A DNA stretch of 63,114 nucleotides, the filler included, from Craspedostauros australis (Eukaryota): NCBI GenBank assembly GCA_030167865.1. It is 10 parts of 10 records of this genome, joined end to end, with 100 filler letters (N's around TTAATTAATTAA, not from the genome) between each part and the next. Parts side by side here need not be neighbours in the genome. Positions count along the whole stretch, not along the records: positions 1 to 13,903 come from JALAGF010004802.1; positions 14,004 to 20,694 come from JALAGF010004803.1; positions 20,795 to 32,469 come from JALAGF010004805.1; 7 more parts are not named here. One strand, given 5' to 3'. Under the pieces are notes generated by a model. The model did not search any database and had not been told where the DNA came from. It saw only the letters and a program-made list of their open reading frames with translations. A program made the position numbers and the translations under genes. Positions 9,785 through 20,968 of the stretch are shown piece after piece; position 1 is the first letter of the stretch; every line of letters starts with the position of its first letter.

Positions 9785-12700
9785 TCTCCGTCTACAATTT
9801 CTTCGTCATCTGTAGTCTCATTGTTGGATTCGTCAGTTATCTCATCGCTGAGTTCATCACTCTCTTCGTTAGATGATGACTCGCTCTCATAGCCTTCCTC
9901 CCTTCGACCTTGTTCATTGAAGTCTGCGAGCTCACGCAGAGCTCTTGGAATGCTCTTCCCTGTAGTCGGTTTGGGATTAATTTCTCCCTTCCTGCCTCGT
10001 GCTTCGTGACGTCGGATTCTCTCCTTTCTAGCCATGTCACGCTTGTTTGGTTTGGTTGGTGGAGGTCTCGATGGTGTGTTATGTGTAGACCTCGCTCGTG
10101 TGTTCGGAGGAGGGACGCCTGTGTCATCGTCGGCTTCGTCGCCGGATGGTTGGATTTCGTCATCCTCCTGATTGGATTCGCTCCAATCTTCGTCGTCGCT
10201 ATGGATTAGTTGAGTTACTGTTCCATTGTCCTCGTCATCCTCATCATCACTATCTGATAGGATGTAGTACCTGTTGCTGTCAGCGAAAGATACTCTCTTC
10301 GCTTCCAATGTTTGACGCGTTGCCGTCCTTGGCGTTGCTCCCTTCCGTCCGATGGTTGTGAAGCCGTCTGCGTCCGTTGTTTCTGCTTCGTTGGATATGT
10401 TCGGTGCTGGTGCCCAGCCACGGAACTGTCCGTATGATTGGTTGAGCCACTTGATGTCCCGTGAACAGATGAGTGATTTGGTCGATGGTCTGTACATGTT
10501 GTAGACTCCTGATGCATGTTGGTGTGCATATCCGATGAACACCATCTCTTCTCCTCTGTTCTTGAGTTTGGCGGTGATCCCGCCGTAGGTAGTCTTCACA
10601 ACACCCACCTCTCCGAAAGTGCGGAGTGCATCTGCATATGGTGGATTGCTGCCGAAGAATTGGCGATGTGGTGACTCTTTCTGATTCTTCGCTACGGTGA
10701 TGTTGGCGATGGCGGTGGCAGTGCTTGCAGCTGCTGCCCACAGGCCATGCCTATACTCTTCATCGAGCTGTGCTCCGTTGAGCATGGAGCGGATCTTGGT
10801 GTAGAGGTACGCGAACTTGCGTTCCACTCTGCCGTTCTGTTGCGGCGTGTTCGATGCCGTGAACTCGAATTTCACGTTGAGTCCTGCATCGATGAGAATA
10901 TCCTGCGTGGATTTGTTCTCTCCGCTGTTGTCTCCTTGGAAGATGATTTGTTGATCACCAGTCTGTGACTTGATCGTCTGAACGAATCGTTTGATGTACC
11001 CTGGTTGGTCACTCTTGTTCTTGAGAAAGAAACTCCAGCAGTGATCTGTGCAGTTGTCCACGATCAGGGTCCAGTAGCGTTTATCTCCGAAGCTTATGTG
11101 TTTAGTGGAACTAATGTCAATGAAGAGACGTTCGCCGCGGCGAGTTGCTCTCGGGATCGTCGCTTTCGAGATGTTTTTCACTCTTGCATTCGCGACCGCG
11201 CAGTCGCGACATACCGGCATCTCGCCGATGATCTTCCATCCGTATTGAGCGGCCGTCCGCTTCATGGTCTCGAGTGGCGCGTGGCCGAGCATTCGGTGCA
11301 GGTTCACCGCGCTGATCTCTTTGGATGGACTTTTGATGATGGCTGTGCAAGCCTTGTCGTCGTCTGATGGCATGATGGGGTGCATTTGTACTCCTGTGAT
11401 GAATCCGTTGGATGTGGGGAAGACTCGATCGAACACGATCTTCGTTCCGGATCCGTTGATGATGTCCATCAGAATGCCGTTGTTACCAAGTTGGTAACCG
11501 TTGTACAGAGCCTTGTTCGTGAAGAAAAGGTTCACTGCCATTTTTGGTGTGTACTTCACATCGTCGAGCCGGATGATGTGGCCAGTGTTGTCTTGCTGCT
11601 TGACCTTCAAGCAAATGGATCCCATCTTGGGAGAGTCCAGCTTCGTGCTGTCTCCCACTTGGACGAAGGACTTGATGTACCGCACGTTGAAGAGAGCGGC
11701 GTCCGAATTCACGATGTGACACGAAGCTCCACTGTCGGCGAGCCAGGTGTCCTTGTTGACCTTGTCCTTGTATTTGGTGCTCAGCTCATGGAGCTGCTCC
11801 ACAGCTGCTGCAGCTGTATCATCCATGATGTTGTCTTTGTCTTTTTCGTCGACGTGAACTCCATATTCGTTCCATGGATTATCGTGATGCTCATCGTCTG
11901 TGTCGTCGGGTAGTTGTGCGTAGTCCGATGGAACCGTACTGTTCCGATGTGATCCTGTGGCTGGATCGTATGGGTTGACGCGCGGTCGTTCGCGTAAGAG
12001 TACGCGCATACATCCTCCAAGGATGTAATGAAGATCCGTCTCTGGGATCGTCTCTGTATCAGCCGCTTCCAGTATGCGATTGATGACGACCGAATTGGCG
12101 AGAATCTCTTCGATTGATCTGAAGTTCTCGGACAGAATGGATCCCATCATGTTCACCCATATTGGTCTGAGCACTCCTTGTGCGACTCCTGGGAATAGTT
12201 TCACTCCTGCTTCCATTACGGCATCGAAGATGAGCTGCTTCTGGATTATCAATGCTGTTGCCGTTCCGTATGGGATGGTATCATGACGATGCAGGTAGTT
12301 TGAGTTGTTGGGATTCTCAATCGGTGGGAATTCGATATCCCCTGGGTAAACGACACGCTCGTTTGGGTTGAAGCTGTCGTTTGGATGGTCTTCGGTTTCG
12401 TCACTGTCGTCTTCATCGAAGATGCCCGATCTGTTGTTCCCCGCCGCTGGAGGAGGCGGCGCCGCGCCGCCGTTCGTTTCATCTTGGCCTCTATCATTCT
12501 CGTTGATCTCATCGTCGGCCTCTTCACTCATGGTCTCTTCGATGTCGCTATCGTTGGCCTCGTTGCCCACCTCGGCTCCGTTGCCGTATGGACCGATCAG
12601 GTCGTTCGCGTTGAAGCAGCATTCGTAGCTCACTTCGCGTCTTGGATCCACCTCATGGATGATTGGCTCCTCGCTGAGCCACTCCGGGACGATCTCATCG

Positions 12701-13845
12701 TCCACCACTTCGTCGTCACTCCCGACGTACTCGAAGTTATCGAAGAAGGAGTCTTCGATGTAGTCGTTGGACACCAACATGCAGAGCGGCATGTCTTTCG
12801 CTGAGAGTACCATCTCGTGTCCGCTCTTGTCGTGTCCTTCCGTTGCTGTGTTGGCCTGTTCGTTGGCCTTCTTGTTCTCGTTGAACTTCTTCTTTCGGCA
12901 CTCTGCCTCGCGGTGTCCAAAGATGCCACAGTAGTTGCACTTCCCATTGAAGCCGCTTCCCTTGTTGCGGTTGTTATTGCGCTTTCCGTTCATCTTGTTG
13001 TTGTTGTTGTTGTTGTTTTTCTTGTTGTTCGATTTCTTGCGTTCTGGGCAATCGGCGGATCTGTGACCATACACACCACAGTTGTGGCAGGTACCCTTGA
13101 AGTTACCGGTACTCGTGAAGCCGGTGTCGTTGCTCTTCGTGTTACTGTCTTGGAAGTCGTCGATATACACCTTGCCTCCTTGATGAGTGGCGTATGCTGT
13201 GCGGAGTACTCCTCTGATTGCGTTGATGGTAACCAGTTCCGGATTAAACGTGAGTTGATGTTGGAAGTTCACGATGTGAGTTCTGTATTTGCTGCTCACC
13301 GTGCTGAGGATCTGCATGATCATCTCCTCGTCTGTGATCTCGTACTTCACATCGTGGAGACGCGAGTGTAGACCCTCGAGTCGCGTGATGTAGATGTCGG
13401 GGTCCGAGTCTCTCTTCATCTTTTCGTTGTTAAATTGACGCTTGAGTTTGATCTTCGTCGCTGCGTCGGATGGACGGAACTTCTCCGCGAGAACGTTCCA
13501 CGCTGCGTGTGCATCTCCTTTGGGATACTTGTCGGAGATGCATTGGTTGATGTATTGGATGGCCTGCTTGCCTTTTCCTTTCTCTGCATCCATCATGAGG
13601 ATCAGATCGCTGAAGCAGTCGCATCCCAGTTCGTAGATCTCCTCCATCGCTTCCTTGGCATCGTCGGTGGCTGCCGCGATCTCACTCACTGTTGGGACCT
13701 TGGTCTTGCCCAACATCACGTCTCTCGTCTTCTGTGCACGAGCGTATGCCTTCGCTTGGGACTCCCATGCGCTGTAGTCTTCCTGTTCACCGCTGAACAT
13801 CGGCGCCTTGATGCGTCGGTTGTTCATGTTGGCTGATGTTGCCAT
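9767..13845 (-). CDS. Ty1/Copia gag-protease-integrase, interrupted by the LINE before RT
   Basis: Gag (FSGEQEDYSAW; DPDIYITRLE), two CCHC knuckles (CHNCGVYGHRSADC, CNYCGIFGHREAEC), protease WLADSGASCH, HHCC (LHRMLGH..CRDC), integrase IDIS..GDNSGE..TPQQNGRVER. Confidence 0.93.
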
Positions 13846-13903
13846 GTTGATTCGTTGTTTCGTCGTTGGTGCGCTCGCGCCCTTGATTTCCGTCGGTTTC
13901 TGT

Positions 13904-14003
13904 NNNNNNNNNNNNNNNNNNNNNNNNNNNNNNNNNNNNNNNNNNNNTTAATTAATTAANNNNNNNNNNNNNNNNNNNNNNNNNNNNNNNNNNNNNNNNN
14001 NNN
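13904..14003. other. Artificial contig linker
   Basis: N44-TTAATTAATTAA-N44 (stops in all six frames). Confidence 0.97.
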
Positions 14004-14215
14004 GTCTGTGGTCGGAGCTGCCTATGGAAGAGATATCGATGTTTGTGTATGCAACAGCTTGTATTAGTATGAGTATGAGTATGAGTATGAGTATGAGTAC
14101 CATACGCTGTGTGATGAATATGAGTGGCAATTCGATGTCTGTTGTTCACGCGGTTGAGTATGGGGTTGGGTGATGTGTGTGCTGTTGTCTTGTTCGCATG
14201 GTCTCCTCCTTCTGT
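14004..14215 (-). promoter_or_regulatory. Homolog of the 5' flank of the ankyrin gene at 54027; includes (GAGTAT)5 microsatellite
   Basis: Reverse complement aligns with 53740-53940, sharing AACAACAGACATCGAATTGCCACTCATATTCATC exactly. Confidence 0.7.
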
Positions 14216-15999
14216 TTGCCTGTGTTTGTCTCCTTCTCTTGATCAAACGCGTCTGGTTCGCGCGGATTGGATCTTTCTGTTCNNNNNNNNNNNNNNNNNN
14301 NNNNNNNNNNNNNNNNNNNNNNNNNNNNNNNNNNNNNNNNNNNNNNNNNNNNNNNNNNNNGCAACACCAATCCGAAGCAAACAACGTGAAAGTCTTCGGA
14401 AACACAGACAGCTGTCATCGTCGCCACCACCGCCGCCACCACCATGCGCACCATGGCCCACGCTTGCTTGCGTCATCGTGGCATCTGCAAGACCGCTGAC
14501 CCTCATCCGCCTGCCATCGCAAGCACCAACTTGAGGTGTGAGCCAATGCCTCGAACAACCATGAAGCCACCGATGAAGCCACTGATGTGACTGCGTTTGT
14601 TGGTTGCCTGTGTTGGTTGCGACCCATCTCATTTGGATTTGGCTGGTTGCCATCTCACCACATTGCAATCATCACCATCCGCGTGGGAAACAAGAGTCTT
14701 CAACATCCAACCAACACCACATTGCGCATTGGGATGAGTTGACACGTTCAGCAACCAACAGGCGGAGTGATACTGTGCCGCCTCCACTGTTCCTGCCACA
14801 CGGACCACCAACACACAACACCATGCACATTCTATCAATAGGCATGAGTGCCGCCGTCTTGGCTCGTGACTTCCAGAGCATCGATGCTCAACAGAGGCGA
14901 TCGGCAAGAACCTCCGCCTCATCAACGAAGTTGGGAGCACCACAAAGGAGGACATGTAGTTGCACGGTGCTCATGGGCCATGGATCGCTGACCGCGTGCT
15001 TCTTGTACCAAAATGGATCTCTGTGTCAACCATGATCCGCAATACAGTACTCGCACTCTGCATGGGGTTGCTCGTTGGTTGGTTGATTCGTTGGTTTCTT
15101 CTTTTTCTCGTCAAGCTCTCTGGATGCTTGGACTGCACTGGCTCATCGGTTCTTGTCTTTCCGCCATGCTGGCACTGGTCGCTTCGAAGATTGGAATGGA
15201 TGGTGACCCTGGCATTTGTTGCTGTAACCGCGAGTGATTGCTCCTTCTGGGGCTTGGCAAGGGTCTCGACTGCAGTTTTGGCGCAATGGCGGGAGTGCAA
15301 CTCATGGAGAGATGAGGCCAATAGCGTGATACGGGACGGTCGATAGAACCGTGCAGCAACCATGCTCCTCGCGGCTTCCCATCATTTCCCTCTACCTTGT
15401 TCGCCATGTGCTGTTCGCAGATCGTCTCTTCCACAAACTTGGATCGGCTGGCATCGGCGCTGTCGCTTTCAATCTGCTTGGCAGTGTGACTTCGAGTAGA
15501 GTGCTGTGTGTGAATCCGGTGGCATGGTGACGACCGCACAGCTTGTGAACATGCTGCTGCCATTCGTCCTCTGTCTGCGCAATGAACCAACAACGATGCT
15601 GATGGCGGAGTATGGATGGAACCACGGACGTCCAATCTGCTCGTGAATGACATCGGCAACATCCCTGTGTGGGTATGTACTATACCGCAGAGAGCGCACC
15701 AGACTAGTCGTAGACAGGGCGGAGACAGCATGGGAGCAGTATCCAGCCCTTCAACCTCTTGAAACATCCGGTGACTTCATCACAGCGTTCTATTGCATGG
15801 CCAGATATAGTGCATGCGGTGCTGTTCCAATCCTACATATCATAGAACATCACAGAGTATTCGTAGGTGTATTACATTACAGGGATGTGGATCTACCACA
15901 CCTCTATGAGTATTATACGAGTACGGAGCGGCCCCTCCATCTCATTCCATCCCATCGTGTCGTGATGCATCACAAGGTGGGAGTTTTGGTACCATTCAT

Positions 16000-18102
16000 C
16001 AAGGGATGGCGGCACTGAGACGCGCTCTTGTTCCTGACTGCTTTCTTTTATGTGAGTTGCAGTGGTTTTGTGCCGGACAGCTTCTCATGGTAGACAACAT
16101 CGCGAGTCGATGATCTGCTTCGTCCACGGCGATTTGATTGAAGGGCCCCGCGTGATGACGAACGTTTGTTGCCATGTTGTTGTTTGCAATGCCGTCCATT
16201 CTCATCTCTCTCATTGCTATGCCGTTCGACGCTCTAATTTCGATATCTTCTTGATCTGTTTCGTTGTCGCGCCGATGATGATCGTTCATGGGAGGACTTC
16301 CTTCGCCGATCTTCGCCACATGGTGTCGATTGGCTACGGCCACGTTGATTTGGTCTTCGCGAACTTCCTCGGTCATGCTTTCGGGAAGGTGAGCCCTTGC
16401 GTTGGTGTAAACCAGTACCGGTGGAGTGCGCATTTGAGTTGGATTGGCGTGAACGTGAGGCTGTGTTCATGTCATCCGAGCTGCCAGCTGTTCGTTGTCG
16501 CCGTGATGATGGCGATGAGTCCATCGATACTTGCGCAGTTCTTCTGCGGCCATGATCGGACGGGCTTCGACGACTCCACGCTGATGGCGAGCGGCGACTT
16601 CTTCCAGAGGAGGATGTGTGAATTTATCTGTCGCAATGATGACAAAATGATGACGAACGCTCCACACTCTGCGATTTTGACGATGTCGAGTGCGGCTTGC
16701 CACTGGTGTGCTGTGCGCTTCTCCGCCGATGCCGTGGCGACAATGATGTCGATGGTGATATCAATGGTGATGATGTTATCTTGTTTTGCTGGAGTGGTGA
16801 CGTCGGGGCCCATTGCCAAGCACCTTGGAGAACGTTCCCTTTCCTTGATCGCTTCTCATCGCGCAGAGCACCCGTGCTTCGTCCGCGTGGACGTCGTTGC
16901 TTTGAGTCTTCGCTTGGGCGCAACGAACTGCGTGCGGATCTGTTGCGAGAAGGAGCCACCTGGTCCTTCCTGCTTGATTGCAATTCGATTCCCAAACTCA
17001 AGGCTCCAGGACTGGAAGGGGCTTGGGGTGCGGCCGAGACACCTCCATGTTCGTGTTCGCGTTCGAACTGCTGAAGATTGAGTTTGGATTTGGACTGTGT
17101 TGATGATGGCGACGATGATGGTGCCTTTGCGGATGCTTTGGTCAAATCAAGATCGGGCAATTGCGATGATCGAGATTCGAGAGATGGTTGTTGCTTCGAT
17201 CTGGCAGGATTGGTCGACGACACTTCACGTAATGGTGATCGTTTGGCCTTGAGGATGCTTGCCAACGTCGACCTGCGCTTGTTCAACGACGAAGACTGTT
17301 GTCTCTCTTCATGTGTGCGGCTGAAGGGGGCTGGTGTAGATGCCGCGCTCCGACCTCCAGGCGTGACATGGGCCGCCAAGCTTCTCCCACCATTCGTTGC
17401 AGCAGCACTTGTCGCAACGTCGACGCTGCCGTGGAGACTTGGCAGATTGATCAGTGGCTCCAGGCTCTCACTGCGTGACGTCTCCGTTGTCGCAACTCGA
17501 GATAGAGCCGGGGTGCTGGCTGCACTCATCGCCCCTGTTGTGTCTGATGTGACTGATGTGCCCGGCATGTTGTGTCCGTCCTTTGACAATTCCAAGAATT
17601 CCAAACTCTTGCTCCTCGATTTGGCGCCGCTGGTCGTTCCGTTGGAATTCGTTCTCGGCCTTGGCCTGCATCTCCGACTCTGGGCAAGCCTCGTCTTGTC
17701 TTGGCTGCTCCATTCGCGGATTGTGCCGAGAGTTGGGGCTGTGGCGAAGCTGAGTCCACCTGGGGTGTTTGGCACAGGCATCGGTTCGTTGTTGATGAAC
17801 TTGCTGGGATCAAGGGAGCTGAATGACATCTCATGAGTTTGCATGTTGAGCATGTCCAGACTCTTCGCACGTGATGGTTTCACAGCCGAAGCTTTCGCAT
17901 CTTTTGCTGTACTTCTATTGGCGCTGCTTGGTGTATCTGTGCTGACACTCGCACGATCACCTGGTTTTGCAGCTGTTTTGGCCTCTTTGGCGAAGCTGAT
18001 GGGCTTGCTCGCCTTCGATTTCGTGTCGGCCTGTTGCGGTTGCTTGGTTTCCGTTTGCTTCTCTGTTATCAGTCTGACACCGTCTTCTTCCAGCAACTTC
18101 AA
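16000..18102 (-). pseudogene. Ser/Arg-rich low-complexity protein gene with in-frame stops; 3' boundary approximate
   Basis: 492-aa ORF 16624-18102; the same frame keeps its S/R-rich composition past stops at 16624 and 16234. Confidence 0.5.
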
Positions 18103-18678
18103 TCGTCATGACCTCATGAAGGTTCGAACAGAGTATCAGGCTGGACGCTTTGCTGTGGCAACTCCCAGAGTAGATCATACTCATGGAAGGTTACATACTC
18201 ATAGTTGTACAACGGGTGGGTCAAGGTGCGGAGCAACTGGCGAGGCTTCCCACAGATCCTCTTGGATGTCGATGACTCATCATCTTGTCTGATTGTCTGA
18301 TTGTTTGTGCTTGTGTTGTTGGTGGTACCAATGTGAAGGGATGCGGCGTCATTGGAGTGGTTGCCATTGCCATCGTCATCGTCGAACAGAGTTGCGTTGC
18401 ACGAAGACAACGCATTGGTGATGTTCGTCGCGAGTGTGTGCGTGTGTCATTGGTTGAATGAACGACGGATGGCAGACAGACGAGTACTCGCCAAACGCGC
18501 CAACAATTCTTGATGTCACCCGAAACAACGAATCTCCGATTTTGCGCCACGATCCATCAAACAACATCAACACAACATCAACACAACATCAACACAAAAG
18601 AGAGAGAGAGAGAGAGATGAAGTGGCATGACTATGTTTGCATTGATGGAGGTATCAGCCAACACTGAGACGTTGTCCG

Positions 18679-20694
18679 TCAAGCAGCAGAGCAATGAAGC
18701 AATGAAGTAATCAAGCAAGTGGCAGCTGCGCAAAGTATGGCACGCCAACCAGCATCGATGAAGGCGACCATGGCAAGAGACGATGATGATGCTGATGATG
18801 CCGATGATGGTGCCAATGATGAATGACGAGCGGTGACGAACAGCGATCTCAAATGTGGCGCATCACTCAGCGACATCAGAAAGGAAGATATCAAACCGAC
18901 TGCTCCGGAGTAGAGAAGATCTTGGGGCATGGGCAATCGCAGTGCCAACAACAGAACCAACAGCCATGGCAAGAATGCCATGGCTGTGGCACGGTCTGGG
19001 TTCAAGTCTTCAGTGGCAGCGCCGTCCATCTCAATCACTTTGGATGATTTGATATTCAAAGAGCGGACGAAGTCCACCAATGTCACCTGATCCATGTATG
19101 AATCCACTTGTGCTGTACCCACATCCTCATCGACAACCTTGTACAGGTCCATGATGGACATCTGGCTGTACTTGTCATCAATACCATCACTCTCCGCTCC
19201 CCCACTGCACATGACATGAATCCCTCCCATCAGTTGCTGGTGTGGAAATAGTTTCTTGAAATCTGGATGAGTGAACAGTGTATTCTCATGTTCACCTGCC
19301 ATTCTCATTGCTGCATCCTTCAACACCACGCAGTTGTATTGATGAGCGAATATCAACATATCTATCATGGTGTCTTCTGTGAGATGCTTGTGGGCCAACT
19401 CTGCTTCAAGAACAAGCTTGAGTCGCCAGAAGCCGAATTCGTTGGCCACAAGGATCAGCTGTTGCAGATCATCCTGTCCAGTGAGGGTGGGAGTTGGCTG
19501 GTTTGCGTCATCATCGCCAGCGAAGTCCTGAGTGTTGTTGTTGAAGGATATCTCGCCTGTGTAGATGCATTGGAGGACGTATCGGACGTGTTTTGGTTGA
19601 AGGTTGGGAAGAGGGACAGTTGTTTGAATGGGTTCAGTTGTATCTTGAGCGCCATCGTGAGCGCATTGATGTTGGATTCCAGAGTTGATCAGTGTCTGAA
19701 TGGATGGAACAGTGACCCTGAGGACTCCAGAGTTTGCCTTGATTGGTTGTTGGTCGTCCCCTTGTCCACACAGAAAGGTAACGTCTGCAATGGCCTCAGC
19801 ATGAACAGCGGCGCAACGATCTTGGTCGATGCTGATCTTGAGATGTTGTTTCAACTTCCGTTTCAGTTGTTCGTTCTCCTGTTGACTTTTCGAGAGCAAG
19901 TGCTGCATTGATTCCTCCTTCTGTTCCAATTGCTGTTTCAGTTGTTCGTTCTCCTGCTCCTTCTGTGTTTTCTCTTCCTCCTTCCGTTCCAACTGCCGTT
20001 TCAGTTGTTCATTCTCTTCCTCCTTCCGTTCCAACTGCTGTTTCAGTTGTTCGTTCTCTTGCTCCTTCTGTGTCTTCTCTTGCTCCTTCCGTTCCGACTG
20101 CCGTTTCAGTTTTTCATTCTCTTGCTCCTTTTGCCTCTTCGCTTCCTTCTCCCGTTCCAACTGCCGTTTCAGTTTTTCATTCTCCTGCTCCTTCTGCCTC
20201 TTTGCTTCCTTCTCCCGTTTCAGTTGTTTATTCTCTTGCTCCTTCTGCCTCTTCGCTTTCTTCTCCCGTTCCAAGTGCTGTTCCAGGTGTTCGTTCTTCT
20301 TCTGCAGTTGTGAGTTACGGTGACTCAGATGATCGAGACGTTTTATCATCTTGATTGCAAGTTTCACACCGATTACATCGAGGGGTGCTTTGTTGCTGTT
20401 GTCTTGGATGTCGGTATCGGCATTGGCTGATTTAACGAGGTACTCCACACACTCCAGGTGGCCATTGTAGCATGCCCAATGAAGGGGAGTCCAACCATGG
20501 TTGCTTTTGCAGTTGATGTCCGCCTCACATGATTCGATGAGGTACTTGACACACTCCAGCTGGTCGTTGTAGCATGCATCATGAAGGGGAGTCCAACCAT
20601 CGTTGTTTTTGCAGTTGATGTTTGCCTCACATGATCTGATGAGATACTTCGCACACTCCAGGCGGCCTTTGGAGCATGCATGATGAAGGGGAGT
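18679..20694 (-). CDS. Ankyrin-repeat / coiled-coil / BTB-POZ protein with hydrophobic C-terminus (5' end lost in gap)
   Basis: Frame open from the gap: TPLHHACSKGRLECAKYLIRSCEANINC (3 repeats visible), EQENEQLKRQLE repeats, BTB (ADVTFLCG..IKANSGVL..VLQCIYTGEI..LILVANEFGFWRLK), BACK-like helix, hydrophobic tail. Confidence 0.88.
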   Translation of the reverse strand, partial: TPLHHACSKGRLECAKYLIRSCEANINCKNNDGWTPLHDACYNDQLECVKYLIESCEADINCKSNHGWTPLHWACYNGHLECVEYLVKSANADTDIQDNSNKAPLDVIGVKLAIKMIKRLDHLSHRNSQLQKKNEHLEQHLEREKKAKRQKEQENKQLKREKEAKRQKEQENEKLKRQLEREKEAKRQKEQENEKLKRQSERKEQEKTQKEQENEQLKQQLERKEEENEQLKRQLERKEEEKTQKEQENEQLKQQLEQKEESMQHLLSKSQQENEQLKRKLKQHLKISIDQDRCAAVHAEAIADVTFLCGQGDDQQPIKANSGVLRVTVPSIQTLINSGIQHQCAHDGAQDTTEPIQTTVPLPNLQPKHVRYVLQCIYTGEISFNNNTQDFAGDDDANQPTPTLTGQDDLQQLILVANEFGFWRLKLVLEAELAHKHLTEDTMIDMLIFAHQYNCVVLKDAAMRMAGEHENTLFTHPDFKKLFPHQQLMGGIHVMCSGGAESDGIDDKYSQMSIMDLYKVVDEDVGTAQVDSYMDQVTLVDFVRSLNIKSSKVIEMDGAATEDLNPDRATAMAFLPWLLVLLLALRLPMPQDLLYSGAVGLISSFLMSLSDAPHLRSLFVTARHSSLAPSSASSASSSSLAMVAFIDAGWRAILCAAATCLITSLLHCSAA
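19860..20285 (-). repeat. Tandem ~63-bp (21-aa) coiled-coil coding repeats
   Basis: Units like KQKEQENEKLKRQLEREKEAK, some internally shortened. Confidence 0.8.
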
Positions 20695-20794
20695 NNNNNN
20701 NNNNNNNNNNNNNNNNNNNNNNNNNNNNNNNNNNNNNNTTAATTAATTAANNNNNNNNNNNNNNNNNNNNNNNNNNNNNNNNNNNNNNNNNNNN
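20695..20794. other. Artificial contig linker
   Basis: N44-TTAATTAATTAA-N44. Confidence 0.97.
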
Positions 20795-20968
20795 ACCTCG
20801 TCGAGTTGTGAAGATATTATTGGGAGGTGCGGCAATCATGGGTATCTTGGTAAAAGCGTACCCCCGATTCCTGACACAACCAATCAACGCAAACCACGCA
20901 CCAACAAGCACAAGCGCAAGAAGACCACTCTCAAAAGCGACACGCCAACCATCACAAATGACATTCCA

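Noticed and set aside
16062..17836. Long + strand ORFs 16062-17081 and 17078-17836 (also 19267-19911, 60091-61053)
   Set aside because: Antisense shadows of minus-strand coding sequence with no recognisable domains.
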